DNA of 64,000 nucleotides from an uncultured Methanomassiliicoccales archaeon (GTDB lineage: Archaea; Thermoplasmatota; Thermoplasmata; Methanomassiliicoccales; Methanomethylophilaceae): positions 9,367-73,366 of the forward strand of contig CAZLEI010000004.1 of assembly GCA_964558505.1 (NCBI GenBank), written 5' to 3'. The position numbers and the translations under genes are program-made. Shown here piece after piece: positions 61,397 to 64,000 of the stretch (the first letter of the stretch is position 1; every line of letters begins with the position of its first letter). The notes beneath the pieces are model-generated. The model saw only the letters and a list, made by a program, of their open reading frames with translations, was not told the DNA's origin and ran no database searches.

Positions 61397-62941
61397 TTAG
61401 ATTATGAGCAAATCCCCTTTCGTCATGCGGATGCATCTGGCGGGGACGAGCTTCCCGAACTGCTCCGGCAGCGACACCGAATCGCCCTGGAACCTGCAGG
61501 GTATGAAGACGAGCCCCTTCACGCGGGGCTTGCTGAGCTTCAGCTTGTTGTCGCTGCTGGTGCGCTGTGCGAGGTAGAGGTCCATGAGCTTCTCCGCTTC
61601 GCGTTTGGTGCTCAGGGGGATCGCGACGCTGCGTCCGCCGATCGAGTTGTCGGCGATGGTGCCGGACAGGGCGGTTATGCCCTCTCCGCCGCTTATGCTG
61701 GTCTCGGACCCGCTTATCCCGGCCAGGATGCTGGTCTCCGGCCTGATCTTGAATATGTCCGTGACGGCGGAGGACGGGTCGCCCAGGCAGCCCTGGTCTA
61801 TCACGAAGTCCGCGGGCACGAACAGGTCCTCGGTGACCTCCACGCTCTTCTTCTTCCATAGGGCGCCGGTGACGAAACTGTATTTCAGATCGACGTCCCA
61901 GAACGGGATGAGCACATCCCCGCCCCCGGCGGTCGTCTTCACGGTGCCGATCCCTCCTTTGGCTGCGATGACGGTCGCCAGCTGTGCGAATATCTCGGTG
62001 AAGCGGGATTTGCTGTTCAGCAGGTACCCCCACTGGCCGGACCCGGAAGGTTTCCTCTCTATCACCGCCCTGATGGTGTTCAGGACCTTCATGGCATCCG
62101 GGCCGCCCCTGGCGGCCATGTCCGCCATGTCATGGAGGATGTTGGCGGTGCTGAGCTCCAGGTCGACGGCCTGGAACATTATCCCCAGCTCGGGGCTGGA
62201 GAACGCATTGGCCTTGACGGCCTCCAGGCCCTTGATGCCCGTTTCCACTTTGGTGACGCAACCTATGGTGTCCCCGTTCAGCAGGCTCTCGGTCCCGTTG
62301 CACACCTGCACCAGGGCCTCGAAGCGCTGGCAGGCGAGGTCGTACCCCTTGACCTTCTTCATGACGTTCCCGGCCTCGGTGAAGTTATTGGCCATCAGGA
62401 TGTACCTTCCCGGCTTGTCCTCGGCCAGGAGCTTGAGGTTGTTGATGGTCATGGCGTAGGCCTGTGTGATCCCGGCGGCGGTGTTGATCATGTCCTTGCT
62501 GTCGCCGTCCACGGCCAGTCCCTCCACGGACCTGACCTTGGCGTTGAATTCGAACGCCTTGTCCGACGTGTGCGCCGGATGGCAGTCGGTGTTGATGGTG
62601 AAGGGCAGGGCTATCATAGGGTACGCCAGGAGCGAGTTGAACGCGAAGCGGTACTCCGTGGTCTCCATCTCGACCTTCGGCCTGACGTTGTTCATGAATA
62701 TGCTGTGCCTGGCCACCGGGTCCACGTTCTCCGCCTGGGCCATGGAGAACCCCGACGGTATGGCGCTGCTGATCCAAGATCTGACCTGCCCCATCATCTG
62801 GTCGAGGTAGGCCTTGGCGTCTATGCGCTGCTGGGACGTCCCGCAGCTGGAGCATGTGACGATGGGGGAGTCCGATTCGACGGCCGCCCTCTCGAAGGGG
62901 GCGCCGCAGTACTTGCATCTGAGCATCACCTGGTCTTCCAC
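61397..62941 (-). CDS. hypothetical 514-aa protein with N-terminal zinc ribbon
   Basis: N-terminus CKYCGAPF…CSSCG, then a large soluble domain with no recognised motifs. GTG start 5 nt after the upstream stop, with an AGGTGATCC Shine-Dalgarno-like element overlapping. Confidence 0.55.
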   Translation of the reverse strand: MEDQVMLRCKYCGAPFERAAVESDSPIVTCSSCGTSQQRIDAKAYLDQMMGQVRSWISSAIPSGFSMAQAENVDPVARHSIFMNNVRPKVEMETTEYRFAFNSLLAYPMIALPFTINTDCHPAHTSDKAFEFNAKVRSVEGLAVDGDSKDMINTAAGITQAYAMTINNLKLLAEDKPGRYILMANNFTEAGNVMKKVKGYDLACQRFEALVQVCNGTESLLNGDTIGCVTKVETGIKGLEAVKANAFSSPELGIMFQAVDLELSTANILHDMADMAARGGPDAMKVLNTIRAVIERKPSGSGQWGYLLNSKSRFTEIFAQLATVIAAKGGIGTVKTTAGGGDVLIPFWDVDLKYSFVTGALWKKKSVEVTEDLFVPADFVIDQGCLGDPSSAVTDIFKIRPETSILAGISGSETSISGGEGITALSGTIADNSIGGRSVAIPLSTKREAEKLMDLYLAQRTSSDNKLKLSKPRVKGLVFIPCRFQGDSVSLPEQFGKLVPARCIRMTKGDLLII

Positions 62942-62945
62942 CGGA

Positions 62946-63881
62946 TCACCTGGATGAGAATCTCACGCTCTGGATCTGTATCTCGAGGGCGGCTATCTGC
63001 GCCTGCAGGCGGGCCTCCGTCTGGCGGAGGTCGTTGATGGCTATCTCGTGGTAATGCCTGGCGATCTCGTCCGCCTTGCGGGACACCGCCGTGTAGCATG
63101 CGCGGCACACGTAGACGGAATCGCCCCTGTCGTCGCAGGAGGAGACCAGGTCCCCGTTGTCCTTCCTGAGGATTGGGCTCACGTCGCTGGACATGGGGAA
63201 GAAGTGGATCCCCGAGCCGGTGGCGTTCCTTCCGCACATCCAGCAGGTGCAGCTCTGGGCGTACTTCTTGACCCTGGCCATGTTCTCGTTGCCGTCCTGG
63301 CCGAGCTGCCTGCGGTAGTTGTACGCTATCTGCTCGTACTCCGCACCTTTCTTGGGGTCGTTCCAGACGGCACCCGCGGCCAGGCACTCGTTGCCCACGG
63401 CCATGAGGGTCAGGCCCTTCTTGAGGCCGGACACGGTCGTGTCGCCGTTGAATATCTCCGGTATGATCAGGGTGTCTGCCCCGAACGTCATCTGGTATCT
63501 CTGGGCGATCTCTATGAGCGTCTTCCCCTTCTCGGTCTGGGAGGCTCCGTTGTCGCTGATGGCGAGCGCGTCGATCTCCGACGCGGTGAGTCCGCACTCC
63601 TTGACGAGCTTCTCGCTGTTCACGGTCGTGAGGCCGAATTCGAACTCCCCGACATCAATGGACTCCAGGGCCTTGGCCAGGCCGCGGTACGCTCCGGAGT
63701 CTCCGAAGTGCCCGTTCAGGTTCAGGATGGCGACCATCACTGCCGCGACGTCGTCCTTGCCGCCTTCCTTCGCAATGGATTTCTCGAAGATCCTCTTCGC
63801 TTTGTCGAACTCTCTCCTCTTCACGAGGTCCACTGCATCCTCGTACAACTGGTCTCCGTTCTTGAATAATCCGAATGCCAT
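62946..63881 (-). CDS. hypothetical 311-aa protein with internal zinc ribbon and C-terminal coiled coil
   Basis: CTCWMCGR…CRACY ribbon and a C-terminal heptad region (…LRQTEARLQAQIAALEIQIQS…). First gene of the five-gene minus-strand cluster. Confidence 0.55.
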   Translation of the reverse strand: MAFGLFKNGDQLYEDAVDLVKRREFDKAKRIFEKSIAKEGGKDDVAAVMVAILNLNGHFGDSGAYRGLAKALESIDVGEFEFGLTTVNSEKLVKECGLTASEIDALAISDNGASQTEKGKTLIEIAQRYQMTFGADTLIIPEIFNGDTTVSGLKKGLTLMAVGNECLAAGAVWNDPKKGAEYEQIAYNYRRQLGQDGNENMARVKKYAQSCTCWMCGRNATGSGIHFFPMSSDVSPILRKDNGDLVSSCDDRGDSVYVCRACYTAVSRKADEIARHYHEIAINDLRQTEARLQAQIAALEIQIQSVRFSSR

Positions 63882-64000
63882 GGTTCCGGTCTCCTGACTA
63901 TGGACGAGTATGCGGTTTCCTTGTAGTTAAAAGGCGCGAACCGGGGGACCGGCAGGGTTCAAATATAACAACGAAGCGATTATATATAGATATCAGATAT

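Overview
GC-rich (about 60% by eye) archaeal chromosomal segment. Gene content fits Thermoplasmata/Methanomassiliicoccales. The core is a complete RNA polymerase operon, rpoH-rpoB(fused B)-rpoA'-rpoA''-rpl30e-nusA, at 17.1-25.9 kb. Housekeeping and archaeal-signature genes elsewhere include rlmE, Lhr-type helicase, crcB, trm56, thioredoxin and thioredoxin reductase, Elp3, Cdc48, pyrF, truA, purD, hypB and hypE, gatD and gatE, thyX, rps17e, an NFACT/Rqc2 homolog, a sulfite-reductase-like protein and an acyl-CoA synthetase. I found seven tRNA genes (Met-CAT, Asn-GTT, Lys-TTT, Arg-GCG, Thr-GGT, Arg-TCG), three of them with genomically encoded CCA. No CRISPR array, rRNA, transposase or integrase was seen. 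Three regions go beyond routine annotation. First, a five-gene minus-strand cluster at 59.3-63.9 kb encodes an SPFH/Band-7-like protein with C-terminal zinc ribbons, a coiled-coil protein, a small 4-TM protein and two large zinc-ribbon proteins. Second, a 2037-aa STT3/AglB-like membrane protein carries about 1300 aa of extracellular beta-sandwich repeats and sits next to a small co-directional surface protein. Third, an HdrD/GlpC-type Fe-S protein is fused to a degenerate DUF559/Vsr-like endonuclease-fold domain directly upstream of the Lhr-type helicase. A possible fluoride-riboswitch-like element lies upstream of crcB. All calls are from reading the sequence and the six-frame translations; no database searches were run.
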